From the NCBI GenBank assembly GCA_964512145.1, contig CAZEIM010000009.1, forward strand, positions 7-64,006: a stretch of 64,000 nucleotides of DNA. The letters are read 5' to 3'. The notes beneath the pieces were generated by a model. It saw only the letters and a program-made list of their open reading frames with translations, was not told the origin of the DNA and ran no database searches. The position numbers were made by a program, and so were the translations under genes. This document shows, piece by piece, positions 10,165-18,723 of this stretch (positions are counted from its first letter, which is position 1; each line of letters starts with the position of its first letter). Origin of the DNA: an uncultured Flavobacteriales bacterium (GTDB lineage Bacteria; Bacteroidota; Bacteroidia; Flavobacteriales_G; JALEGO01).

Positions 10165-11517
10165 TTACTTCTTCAACAAGTCGAAAACCGTTTTTACCGG
10201 TTTAAACAATTCGTTCGGTATTTCTATAAAAAGAGTATTCCAATTAGCCATGCTCCCATTCCAAAGGCCTGGGTATTCCAGTATTTTAATATTTCTTCCT
10301 AAATGCGATTTTTGAGAAACCATATAGGCATTAGAATCTATAAAATCTTGCAAATCAAAAATTTGGCCATCATGCGTTTTAATACAACAAGCCATATTTA
10401 CAGGATTAAAATGCGTTGATTGTTGAAATATGGCCAATTGCTCTACATCCTGTTTATTAATTTGAGCACTTTCTATAATTTGTTTAGATTCCTTTCCCTC
10501 CTTATCTTTTACCCAAAATGGTCCACCTCCGGGTTCACCGGTATTTTTAACTACTCCACAAACGCGAATGGGTTTATGCAAAGCTTGTTTTAAACCATGT
10601 ACATCTTCCCATATTTTTGGGTCTATAGAAAAAGCATGTAATGTATATACATAATGTTTAGCTAAACTTTTATCCCAAGTACCCTCGGCTATGTGGTTTA
10701 ATATGGCAAAACATTCGTTTTTGAGTTTTAATAACAATCCTCCCAATATTTTTTTATATTTTATATGTAAATCCATATTCTCATCAGTGGAGGTATTATC
10801 TATATTTTGTATAAAAAGGATATCCGAATCCATGGCGTTTAAATTTTTTAACAAAGCACCATGTCCAGCGGGTCTGTATAAAATTTCTTCTTTCGAGGTT
10901 TTTACGATATTATTGTCATCATATAAAGAAATGGTATGTGTTTCTGAATCCTGTATAGACGTGGAAATATTCATGTGCCCCTTCTGAAGAAATGAAAACA
11001 AAGCATCAATTTTTTCCTTATATGTTTCTGGAACTGTAAAGTGAATGTTGGCTTCTTTTGCGTCTAATAATTTTAAATCGCGAATATGATGCTCAAAAGC
11101 TGTCTTATATTCATTGTTCTTTTTGCTAAACAGCAACATCCCTTTAGGCATTTGAGAAAATTCGTGTTCAATAATTTTTAAACAAAATGCACTAAAGTCT
11201 TCATCTTTATCGCGTTCATGTTCGAAACGTTGAATTAAAGAATCGTAAAAAGGATACAAATGAATATGTTCTAAAAATTGTTCGGTTAAATCGTTGTTTG
11301 TAGATACAATATCTTTAAACATTCGGGAAGCTGCTCCCGATGCGGGAATAAAAAAACATACCGAAATTTCTTTACTCCACAACGAAAAATACATTTCATG
11401 CAATTGTTCTTCCTCAGAACTTAATTTTAAAATCCCGTCATGCCAAGTACAAGGCCTTAATACTTGTATAAAATAATTCGACTTTTTTAAAAGCTCTACC
11501 TGTTTTTCAATATCCAT
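10165..11517 (-). CDS. DUF4301-like protein with nucleotide-sugar pyrophosphorylase-like motifs
   Basis: 450 aa. FIPASGAASRMFKD and YRPAGHGALLKNLN match my recollection of DUF4301 (PASGAATRMFK). They also resemble the UDPGP-family glycine-rich and PxGHG motifs. This is a recognition-level call only. Confidence 0.55.
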   Translation of the reverse strand: MDIEKQVELLKKSNYFIQVLRPCTWHDGILKLSSEEEQLHEMYFSLWSKEISVCFFIPASGAASRMFKDIVSTNNDLTEQFLEHIHLYPFYDSLIQRFEHERDKDEDFSAFCLKIIEHEFSQMPKGMLLFSKKNNEYKTAFEHHIRDLKLLDAKEANIHFTVPETYKEKIDALFSFLQKGHMNISTSIQDSETHTISLYDDNNIVKTSKEEILYRPAGHGALLKNLNAMDSDILFIQNIDNTSTDENMDLHIKYKKILGGLLLKLKNECFAILNHIAEGTWDKSLAKHYVYTLHAFSIDPKIWEDVHGLKQALHKPIRVCGVVKNTGEPGGGPFWVKDKEGKESKQIIESAQINKQDVEQLAIFQQSTHFNPVNMACCIKTHDGQIFDLQDFIDSNAYMVSQKSHLGRNIKILEYPGLWNGSMANWNTLFIEIPNELFKPVKTVFDLLKK

Positions 11518-11526
11518 AATACAAAA

Positions 11527-12132
11527 CTACTTTTTCTTTCTATTTTCCGATAAGGTTTTGTAGGTTTTTGTCATCTCGCGTTCAAATTTTGGTTCTGATG
11601 TTTTAGGAATACAAGGTTTTAAACTTAACATCATTTCTTGTGGAAGTTTTTGATATAATGCGGTGCCTTGTGTTTTCCATGCAATCATTTCATCGCTCAC
11701 TTGTTTTTTAATTTGAGCCGGATTTCCTGCTATTACACTTCTATTGGGCACTTTAGTATCGGCTGCTACAAAGCTTAATGCCCCCACAATACATTCATCT
11801 CCAATAATAACATGATCCATAATAACCGAGTTCATTCCAATTAAACAATTTTTGCCCAACGTTGCTCCATGAATAACTGCTCCATGCCCCACATGAGCTC
11901 CTTCTTTTAACAATACGGTTACCCCTGGAAACATATGAATAACACAATTTTCTTGTATGTTGCAACCGTCTTCTACGATTATTTTCCCCCAATCTCCTCG
12001 TAACACGGCTCCTGGACCAACATATACTTTTTTCCCAATAACAACATGCCCAATAACACAAGCCATGGGATGAATAAAACTACTGGGATGTATTACCGGA
12101 ACGTGGTTGTTAAACTCGAATATATTATTCAT
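11527..12132 (-). CDS. left-handed beta-helix (hexapeptide-repeat) protein, gamma-carbonic-anhydrase / PaaY / CaiE family
   Basis: ORF 11527..12177. The probable start is the internal ATG at 12132 (MNNIFEFNNHVPVIHPSSFIHP...). Hexapeptide repeats are present (IGKKVYVGPGAVLRGD, VEDGCNIQENCVIH, GAHVGHGAVIHG). It sits 9 nt upstream of the 10165..11517 gene. Confidence 0.8.
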   Translation of the reverse strand: MNNIFEFNNHVPVIHPSSFIHPMACVIGHVVIGKKVYVGPGAVLRGDWGKIIVEDGCNIQENCVIHMFPGVTVLLKEGAHVGHGAVIHGATLGKNCLIGMNSVIMDHVIIGDECIVGALSFVAADTKVPNRSVIAGNPAQIKKQVSDEMIAWKTQGTALYQKLPQEMMLSLKPCIPKTSEPKFEREMTKTYKTLSENRKKK

Positions 12133-12180
12133 AATGGATACAAAATTTAATGTAAAATTAGCCAAAGAATTGTACAATAC

Positions 12181-12199
12181 ATACCTTTGCTTTATTTTT
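12181..12199 (+). promoter_or_regulatory. two overlapping-region matches to the Bacteroidota -7 promoter consensus TAnnTTTG
   Basis: tacctttg (12181..12188) and tatttttg (12192..12199) lie just upstream of ATG 12205. The consensus is established for Bacteroidetes primary sigma factor. In AT-rich DNA these matches can arise by chance. Confidence 0.3.
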
Positions 12200-12204
12200 G
12201 AGCC

Positions 12205-12687
12205 ATGATGACAAAAAATGTTGCTATTTTATTTTTTTTAGTTTTTTTTTCTTGCACAAATAACACTAAACAACAGGAATATGACTTGCTCAGTCATTTC
12301 GAATTATATGGTGATTCCATAGATGAAAAAGGAGCGGTAACCATGAGTAGGTTTTTAAGTGAAGTAGATAGCTCTGGATCAGATTCTGTAAAAGTATTGG
12401 CTAAAATTACCGAATGTTGTCAAAAAAAAGGATGTTGGATGAAAGTTGATTTAGGGGGAGGAAAAACGATGCAGGTAACTTTTAAAGACTATGGGTTTTT
12501 TATGCCTTTAGATTGCGCTAATAAAGAAGCTATTTTATTTGGAAAAGCCTATTACGATACTGTTACCGTAGACGTGTTAAAACACTATGCCAAAGATGCC
12601 GGTAAAACGCAAGAAGAAATTGATGCTATAACCCAGCCGGAATATCAACTTTCGTTTGAAGCCAGTGGAGTTTTGTTGAAGAAATGA
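12205..12687 (+). CDS. small lipoprotein (DUF4920-like)
   Basis: 160 aa. The lipoprotein signal is AILFFLVFFSC followed by TNN. CCQKKGCWM and FFMPLDC cysteine motifs are present. The family name is from memory only. Confidence 0.6.
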   Translation: MMTKNVAILFFLVFFSCTNNTKQQEYDLLSHFELYGDSIDEKGAVTMSRFLSEVDSSGSDSVKVLAKITECCQKKGCWMKVDLGGGKTMQVTFKDYGFFMPLDCANKEAILFGKAYYDTVTVDVLKHYAKDAGKTQEEIDAITQPEYQLSFEASGVLLKK

Positions 12688-12902
12688 TTTCACGGATTAG
12701 GGTAAATAATATAAGCAGCATAAATCTGTAAAAATCTGGTTGGGTTTTGTGAGCTTTTAATGAATATATGAGTTAGTTATGCTTTGCTGTAAAAGGACAG
12801 CCAGACACACAAAGATTGTGAATATTTAAACGGCAACAAAGTAACGTCAAAACAAATATCTTTCTTAAATTTGACACAACTTGACAAATCAAAATTTGTA
12901 CA

Positions 12903-13193
12903 ATGAACTCGCTTGGAGAAAAAATAAGAGCATTACGTGAATCCAAAGGAATACTCCTTAGACAGGTTGCTGCATATTTAGAAATTGACACAGCATTAAT
13001 TAGCAAAATCGAAAGAGGAGAAAGACGACTAACAAGAGAACAAGTAATCAAACTTGCAAATTATTACAAGGTTACTGACGAAGAACTATTAACTCTGTGG
13101 CTTAGTGACAAGGTTCTAGACACAATCGACAGCGATCCATTCGCAATGCAAGGATTAAATAAAGCAAAAACCATCTTAAAGACAATGTTATGA
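12903..13193 (+). CDS. XRE-family helix-turn-helix transcriptional regulator
   Basis: 96 aa. GEKIRALRESKGILLRQVAAYLEIDTALISKIERGERRLTREQVIKLANYY is a classical HTH_3 (Cro/CI) domain. Confidence 0.85.
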   Translation: MNSLGEKIRALRESKGILLRQVAAYLEIDTALISKIERGERRLTREQVIKLANYYKVTDEELLTLWLSDKVLDTIDSDPFAMQGLNKAKTILKTML

Positions 13194-13354
13194 AAATAAC
13201 CAAAAAATATTTTATCAGAACAAAAGGGAAAGCTGAATTCAAAACATATCATTTAATTAATGTAGAAACATTCGATATGCTTGATAATTACTTTTATTCT
13301 GAAAAAGAAGCAAAAGAAGAATATAAATTGGAACTAAACTTGATAAAAAAGTAG
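13190..13354 (+). CDS. 54-aa micro-ORF translationally coupled to the XRE gene
   Basis: This ORF is not in the supplied track. ATG 13190 overlaps the XRE stop (ATGA). It translates to MKITKKYFIRTKGKAEFKTYHLINVETFDMLDNYFYSEKEAKEEYKLELNLIKK and ends at TAG 13352..13354. I recognise no domain, so coding status is unproven. Confidence 0.35.
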   Translation: MKITKKYFIRTKGKAEFKTYHLINVETFDMLDNYFYSEKEAKEEYKLELNLIKK

Positions 13355-13472
13355 GACAATGAATTAACAACCAAAGTCCCCTCACACTTTCGAATAAAAT
13401 ATAGACTCCCCTCATAATAGAACACGAGTAATTTTTACCTCTATTTTAAAAACGAGGGTGAAATTTTAGTAT

Positions 13473-13503
13473 TTTTACTCTTGTAATTAATATAAGAGTA
13501 AAA
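13473..13503. promoter_or_regulatory. perfect 10-bp inverted repeat (TTTTACTCTT N11 AAGAGTAAAA) 17 nt upstream of the Fic start codon
   Basis: Read directly: 13473..13482 and 13494..13503. It could be an operator or a 5'-UTR hairpin. Confidence 0.3.
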
Positions 13504-13519
13504 CGTACCTTTGAACGTC

Positions 13520-14632
13520 ATGGAAAAATTTAACCGAAAAATTCCGTATAACAACTTGCCATTACTACCTCCAAAGGCCGACATAGAAACCAAACGCATA
13601 CTTCAAAAAACGATTTCGGCAGGACGAGCATTGGCACAACTAAATGGAACTTTAATCAATTTACCCAATCCTACTCTGTTTATAGATACGATATATTTAC
13701 AAGAAGCAAAAGCGAGCTCGGAAGTAGAAAATATAATTACAACAAACGATGAACTCTATAAGTCATTAGTTGCTGACAGAAAAATAGAAAACTCAGCTAC
13801 AAAAGAAGTTTTAAGCTACAAGCAAGCTCTTTGGTTAGGTTTAGAAGAATTGAAAGTAAAACCATTTATAACCACCAATCTTTGTATTAAAATTGTTCAA
13901 TGTATAAAACAAAATAACACTTCAATTCGGAATACACCCGGAACTACATTAAGCAACACACAAGGTGAAATTATTTACACCCCACCAAGTGGTGAACAGA
14001 TTATACGTGAGAAACTAGCTAATTTAGAAAAGTTCATAAATGAAAATGAAACATATTCTGGTAAGCATAGTCGAACCATAGACCCATTAATTAAAATGGC
14101 GATATTGCACTATCAATTTGAAGCTATACACCCTTTCTCGGATGGTAATGGCAGAACGGGAAGAATTTTATTGTTATTGTACCTAAAACTTTCGGGTTTA
14201 TTGGACACACCAGCAATCTACTTAAGTGAATATATCATTAAAAACAAAATTGAATATTATAGATGCTTACAACATGTAACCGAAAAAAATGAATGGGAAG
14301 ATTACATCTTGTATATGTTGGATATGATTGAAGTAACGGCTAATAAAGGATTAAAGAGACTAAATAAAATAAATGTAGCCATGGAAGATACTGCAAACGA
14401 AATTAAAAAGAAATTGCCAAAAATTTATTCAAAAGATCTAATTGAGATTTTATTTCGTTTACCTTACACCAAACGTCAACACCTAATGGATGAAAATATT
14501 GGAAACTTAAAAACAGTTGGAAATTATTTAATAGTTTTAGAAGAAAATGGCTTTTTAAAATCAGAAAAAGTAGGAAAAGAGAAACTATACCTGAACTATA
14601 AACTATTAAAAATATTGGAGGAAAAGGAATAA
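13520..14632 (+). CDS. Fic-family protein (AMPylator type) with N-terminal inhibitory helix and C-terminal winged-helix domain
   Basis: ORF 13511..14632, with ATG at 13520. The catalytic motif HPFSDGNGRTGRILL matches HxFx(D/E)GNGRxxR. The upstream SSEVEN fits the auto-inhibitory [ST]xxxE[GN] motif. The C-terminus GNLKTVGNYLIVLEENGFL is wHTH-like. Confidence 0.9.
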   Translation: MEKFNRKIPYNNLPLLPPKADIETKRILQKTISAGRALAQLNGTLINLPNPTLFIDTIYLQEAKASSEVENIITTNDELYKSLVADRKIENSATKEVLSYKQALWLGLEELKVKPFITTNLCIKIVQCIKQNNTSIRNTPGTTLSNTQGEIIYTPPSGEQIIREKLANLEKFINENETYSGKHSRTIDPLIKMAILHYQFEAIHPFSDGNGRTGRILLLLYLKLSGLLDTPAIYLSEYIIKNKIEYYRCLQHVTEKNEWEDYILYMLDMIEVTANKGLKRLNKINVAMEDTANEIKKKLPKIYSKDLIEILFRLPYTKRQHLMDENIGNLKTVGNYLIVLEENGFLKSEKVGKEKLYLNYKLLKILEEKE

Positions 14633-14682
14633 CAGCCAATTCATTTTGGTATACTTTTTGGTTCATTTCATATAAAAAACAT

Positions 14683-15330
14683 ATGAAACCAATATACCTC
14701 TTTTTACTCAGTTTAGTATTTATTGTTTTCACTAAATTTTCTTGGAGTAACAGCGCAAGCGAATACTATCGTTTTCATAATGGATATTACAGCAACCTCA
14801 ACTTGGCATTACAAAACCCTAGTAAAGTAGTTATTTTGGATTTATCCAACAGGAGACTCACAAACATTCCCTCGTCTGTAGCCGATTTTTCAAATTTGGA
14901 AGTACTTATTTTAAACAATAACCACATTGAATATCTTTCCAGCACCATTTCATATTTAAAAAACATAAGAGAATTATATTTGATGAACAACAACATAAAA
15001 CAAATATCTTCAAACGTTTCGTATCTTAAAAACCTTACCGTATTAGATCTTTCTTACAACCAAATTAATCAAATTTCTTCCCCCATTAGTTATTTAGAAA
15101 ATTTAGAATATCTAGATTTAAGTTTCAACCAAATTGATGTTATATCTTCTCCGGTATCGTATTTAAAACAATTGAAGTATTTGTATTTAAATAATAATCA
15201 AATTTCTGTTTTATCTTCTTCTTTATGGTATTTAGAAAATTTAATGTGTTTAGATGTTCGTTTTAACAAAATTAATCACATTCCAAACTCGGTGTATTAT
15301 CTTCCCAATTTAAGAGATTTTCAATATTAA
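14683..15330 (+). CDS. secreted leucine-rich-repeat (LRR) protein
   Basis: 215 aa with signal peptide MKPIYLFLLSLVFIVFT. Seven 23-aa repeats have the form LxxLxLxxNxIxxISSxxSYLKNL. Confidence 0.85.
   Translation: MKPIYLFLLSLVFIVFTKFSWSNSASEYYRFHNGYYSNLNLALQNPSKVVILDLSNRRLTNIPSSVADFSNLEVLILNNNHIEYLSSTISYLKNIRELYLMNNNIKQISSNVSYLKNLTVLDLSYNQINQISSPISYLENLEYLDLSFNQIDVISSPVSYLKQLKYLYLNNNQISVLSSSLWYLENLMCLDVRFNKINHIPNSVYYLPNLRDFQY
14830..15320 (+). repeat. seven tandem 69-bp LRR coding repeats
   Basis: The periodicity is visible in the protein (YLKNIRELYLMNNNIKQISSNVS / YLKNLTVLDLSYNQINQISSPIS / YLENLEYLDLSFNQIDVISSPVS ...). Confidence 0.8.
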
Positions 15331-15406
15331 AATGAATGAATTGTTTGCTCAAAACACACTCTACAAATTTTCTTAGGTTGTTAGCTATATAAAATCAATA
15401 TGTAGT

Positions 15407-17674
15407 TTAATGATTTTTCTTATTTTTTCCTCTCCCCCACAGTAACAAGACCGGTAATAAAAATAAATCTGCTAGTACTGCAAAAAACAAGGTAATTGAA
15501 ATTAATAATCCTACATTATACACACTTTGAAAGCTAGAAAAAATAAGTAATAAAAAACCTCCGCTTAATATTAAACTCGTAATAATTATGGCTTTTCCGG
15601 TGTGCAAAAAGGTGTTTTTTAAAGCAAAAAGAGGATGTTTGCTTTTGTTTAATTCAAGGTTATATTTAGTTAAAAAATGAATGGTATCATCTACACAAAT
15701 ACTAAAGGCGATGGTAAAAATAATAGATGAAGCTACGTTTAAATGAATGTTAAAATATCCCATAACTGCTCCAATCATTAATAAAGGAATAATATTAGGA
15801 ATTAGTGATACTATAATAATATTGGGGCTTTTAAAAAGCATCATCATAATCATTGAAATTATTACGAATGAAATCAATAAACCCCACAACATATTTTTTA
15901 CTAAATACAAATTGTTTTTATCAATTAATGATCCCATGCCTGTGTAATGAAACTCTATTCCTTCAATTTGTAGGCTTTTAATAAATTCTTGTAATTTTTT
16001 TTCTTTTTGCAAACAGGATTTAGCACCATAGTCGGGCATTTTTCCAGTAATACGCATTGTTTTTTTATCTTTTGAGATTAACCCTTTTAATGGAAGTGAC
16101 TTTTGATATTTTTGGATAGTTTTTACAGTTTTTTCATAATCATGCAAACTATCGGGTAATTGGTAATATTGGATGTTTCCGTTATGGCTTGACTGATTAA
16201 GTGCTTGAATAATACTTAACGGAGATATTAACATATGTACACCAAATGAATCAATCAAATATTCGTGAACCTTTTCTAAACTTTTCATGGTTTGAAAGTC
16301 CCATATTTGTATTGAATCGGAAATTATTTCAACCCCCATTTCAAATGGTCGGGCACCGCTAAAATTTTTTTCTTGATAAATATATCCTTCTTTAAGTGGG
16401 TCTTTATCTGAAATATCTTCTAATAAAAAATTTTCTACATTAATTTTAAAGATTCCATATACTGAAATTAAGATAACTCCCAGCGTGACCCATAATATTT
16501 TTTTGGGGTTTCTAACAATATATAAAAACAACCAACTTAGTACGGTATTCCATGTGTTATTTTGTTTAGCTTCTTTAAATAGTAATCGGGTATTTAGTAA
16601 ATAAACAGCCGGTGGAACTATAGCATAGGTTAAAATAAATGCTAAAACTACGCCTATTGCCGTTATAATTCCAAATTCTTTAATAGGTCGTATGCTTACG
16701 GTAAGTAATGTTAAAAAACCTACTGCGGTGGTTAATGAAGTTAAAAACGTAGCTTTGCCAACATCTTTTATGGTTAATTTAATAGATGTAAGAGAATCTT
16801 TGTTTTTTCTGTAAACATCGAGGTATCTTGAAAAAAAATGTACTGAATCGGATATCCCTACCACAAATAAAATTGTAGGTAATAATACCGAAATTACATC
16901 TATGCCATGTTGAAATACTGCCATTCCTATAAAAACCCATAGTAGGGTTAATACAACCACTACAATGGGAATAATCACTACTAATAATTTTTTAAATACC
17001 CAAATTAAAAACAACAAAACCAATACAAAAGATAAACTCATAAATAGGATGGTTTCTTGTTGTATCTTTTTAAGATAATGGTACTGTCCATGTATTCTTC
17101 CTGCAAAATATACTTTATCAAAAGCATACTTTTCAACCGTTTTTTCCATGATATTTAATAAGCTATCGCTTTTATTTTTCGATAAAAATTCGGTGTGTTT
17201 TATAAGTAAGCTTACAGCTTTTGCATCTTTTGAAAAAAAGGTTCCTATTAATTTTGGGTCTTGATAAATTCGGGCAGAATCTTGTGCGTATAAACTGTCT
17301 TGTAAAACATGTAAATATGGAATTTCTATCGGGCCTAATGGCGAAAAAACTACCCAGGATATATTGGTAGGGCTTTGAACCTGAATTATATTTTTTATAT
17401 TGGATATTTCATGGGTCGCATTTTGTAATTTTTTAAGAAAATTGGAGGTAAAAATTCCTTGCTTATTAATAATGGTTATAAATAAAAAGTCGTTATCCGA
17501 CTCAAATTTATCTCGATACGATAGATAATATTGTAAAGAAGGGTCATTAACCGGAAAAAAGCTCTCAAAATCGTAATTAAACCGTGTGTTTTTTAAAAAG
17601 TACGATCCTACTAAAGTAATGAAAAGGATTAATACAAGTGTATATAAAGATAGCTTTCGGAATTTTTTATTCAT
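15407..17674 (-). CDS. RND/MMPL-superfamily transporter (two 6-TM bundles with large loops)
   Basis: ORF 15407..17695. The likely start is the internal ATG at 17674 (MNKKFRKLSLYTLVLILF). It has two hydrophobic blocks separated by soluble domains, an SSD-like region, and GISDSVHF / ICVDDTIHF motifs. Confidence 0.8.
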   Translation of the reverse strand: MNKKFRKLSLYTLVLILFITLVGSYFLKNTRFNYDFESFFPVNDPSLQYYLSYRDKFESDNDFLFITIINKQGIFTSNFLKKLQNATHEISNIKNIIQVQSPTNISWVVFSPLGPIEIPYLHVLQDSLYAQDSARIYQDPKLIGTFFSKDAKAVSLLIKHTEFLSKNKSDSLLNIMEKTVEKYAFDKVYFAGRIHGQYHYLKKIQQETILFMSLSFVLVLLFLIWVFKKLLVVIIPIVVVVLTLLWVFIGMAVFQHGIDVISVLLPTILFVVGISDSVHFFSRYLDVYRKNKDSLTSIKLTIKDVGKATFLTSLTTAVGFLTLLTVSIRPIKEFGIITAIGVVLAFILTYAIVPPAVYLLNTRLLFKEAKQNNTWNTVLSWLFLYIVRNPKKILWVTLGVILISVYGIFKINVENFLLEDISDKDPLKEGYIYQEKNFSGARPFEMGVEIISDSIQIWDFQTMKSLEKVHEYLIDSFGVHMLISPLSIIQALNQSSHNGNIQYYQLPDSLHDYEKTVKTIQKYQKSLPLKGLISKDKKTMRITGKMPDYGAKSCLQKEKKLQEFIKSLQIEGIEFHYTGMGSLIDKNNLYLVKNMLWGLLISFVIISMIMMMLFKSPNIIIVSLIPNIIPLLMIGAVMGYFNIHLNVASSIIFTIAFSICVDDTIHFLTKYNLELNKSKHPLFALKNTFLHTGKAIIITSLILSGGFLLLIFSSFQSVYNVGLLISITLFFAVLADLFLLPVLLLWGRGKNKKNH

Positions 17675-17801
17675 ACGATAAAAATACAAATCCAATACAA
17701 GGTAGTTGTTTTATATAGAATGTAAACAAGAAAAAACTGGAAGAGTTTATGGAATATATATATAAATATTTTATCGTAATTTAGAACATTATTTTTTTAT
17801 C

Positions 17802-18650
17802 ATGCAATTACACGTTATACATACCGGAAATTTTAAATTAGATGGCGGTGCCATGTTTGGAGTAGTACCTAAAGTAATTTGGAATAAACTAAACCCTGCC
17901 GATGAACATAATTTATGCACTTGGGCCATGCGTTGCTTATTAATTGAAGATGGCAAAAAATTGATTTTAATTGATACCGGTATTGGAGAAAAACAAGATG
18001 AAAAATTTTTTAGCCATTATTATTTACATAATACCAAAACATTGGCTCAAGCCTTACATGAAAAAGGTTATTCCTGCAACGATGTTACCGATGTAATTCT
18101 AACACATTTACATTTTGACCATTGTGGAGGTGCGGTATCTAAAAACACACAAAATACCGGATATGAACCGGTGTTTAAAAATGCAGTATATTGGAGTAAT
18201 CCTTTGCATTGGGAGTGGGCTACCAAACCAAATGCAAGAGAAAAAGCGTCTTTTTTAAAAGAAAATATTTTACCCATAAAAGAAAGCGGACAGCTTACCT
18301 TTATAGATGAAACCAATCACAATACATTGTTTGAAAAACTCTCCTTTATTTTTGTGAATGGACATACCGAACATATGATGTTGCCTATTATTGAATATAA
18401 AGGACAAAAGATTATTTATATGGCCGATTTAATACCCTCTGTAGCTCATTTACCTGTGCCTTATGTAATGGGTTATGATACACGTCCATTATTAACTTTA
18501 CAGGAAAAAGAACAAATTCTTTCTCAGGCTCAACAACAAGGAGCTGTACTGTTTTTTGAGCACGATCCAATATACGAATGTTGCACGTTAATGCAAACTG
18601 AAAAAGGTATTAGAGCTGAAAAAACAATGAGACTGGAGGAGATTATTTAG
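17802..18650 (+). CDS. MBL-fold metallo-hydrolase
   Basis: 282 aa with the HLHFDHCGG zinc-binding motif. Confidence 0.85.
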   Translation: MQLHVIHTGNFKLDGGAMFGVVPKVIWNKLNPADEHNLCTWAMRCLLIEDGKKLILIDTGIGEKQDEKFFSHYYLHNTKTLAQALHEKGYSCNDVTDVILTHLHFDHCGGAVSKNTQNTGYEPVFKNAVYWSNPLHWEWATKPNAREKASFLKENILPIKESGQLTFIDETNHNTLFEKLSFIFVNGHTEHMMLPIIEYKGQKIIYMADLIPSVAHLPVPYVMGYDTRPLLTLQEKEQILSQAQQQGAVLFFEHDPIYECCTLMQTEKGIRAEKTMRLEEII

Positions 18651-18723
18651 TTCTAGATTTTTTATTTACGAGAACATTTTTATAAAAACACCAATACATA
18701 TATCTCAAAAAATTGAAAAACGT

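Noticed and set aside
11795-12061. 88-aa alternative-frame ORF (R/W/C-rich) inside the hexapeptide-repeat gene; likewise 35589..35849 inside the PiT gene and 10691..10987 antisense to the DUF4301-like gene
   Set aside because: Each is fully embedded in a gene with strong family motifs. Their R/C/W-rich or low-complexity composition is atypical for this AT-rich proteome.
12773-13051. 92-aa minus-strand ORF overlapping the XRE gene start and its upstream region
   Set aside because: It is antisense to a clear HTH_3 domain gene and has no domain signature. The region upstream of 12903 is better explained as promoter DNA.
14830-15320. Regular 69-bp periodic repeats that could be mistaken for a CRISPR-like array
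   Set aside because: The repeats are in frame within a 215-aa ORF and encode canonical LRR units. There is no repeat/unique-spacer alternation and there are no cas genes. No CRISPR array is present anywhere in the window.
12688-15330. The XRE/Fic/LRR islet as an integrative mobile element or prophage remnant
   Set aside because: I found no integrase, recombinase or transposase, no adjacent tRNA, and no flanking direct repeats by eye. I therefore report it only as an accessory-looking gene cluster, not as a mobile element.
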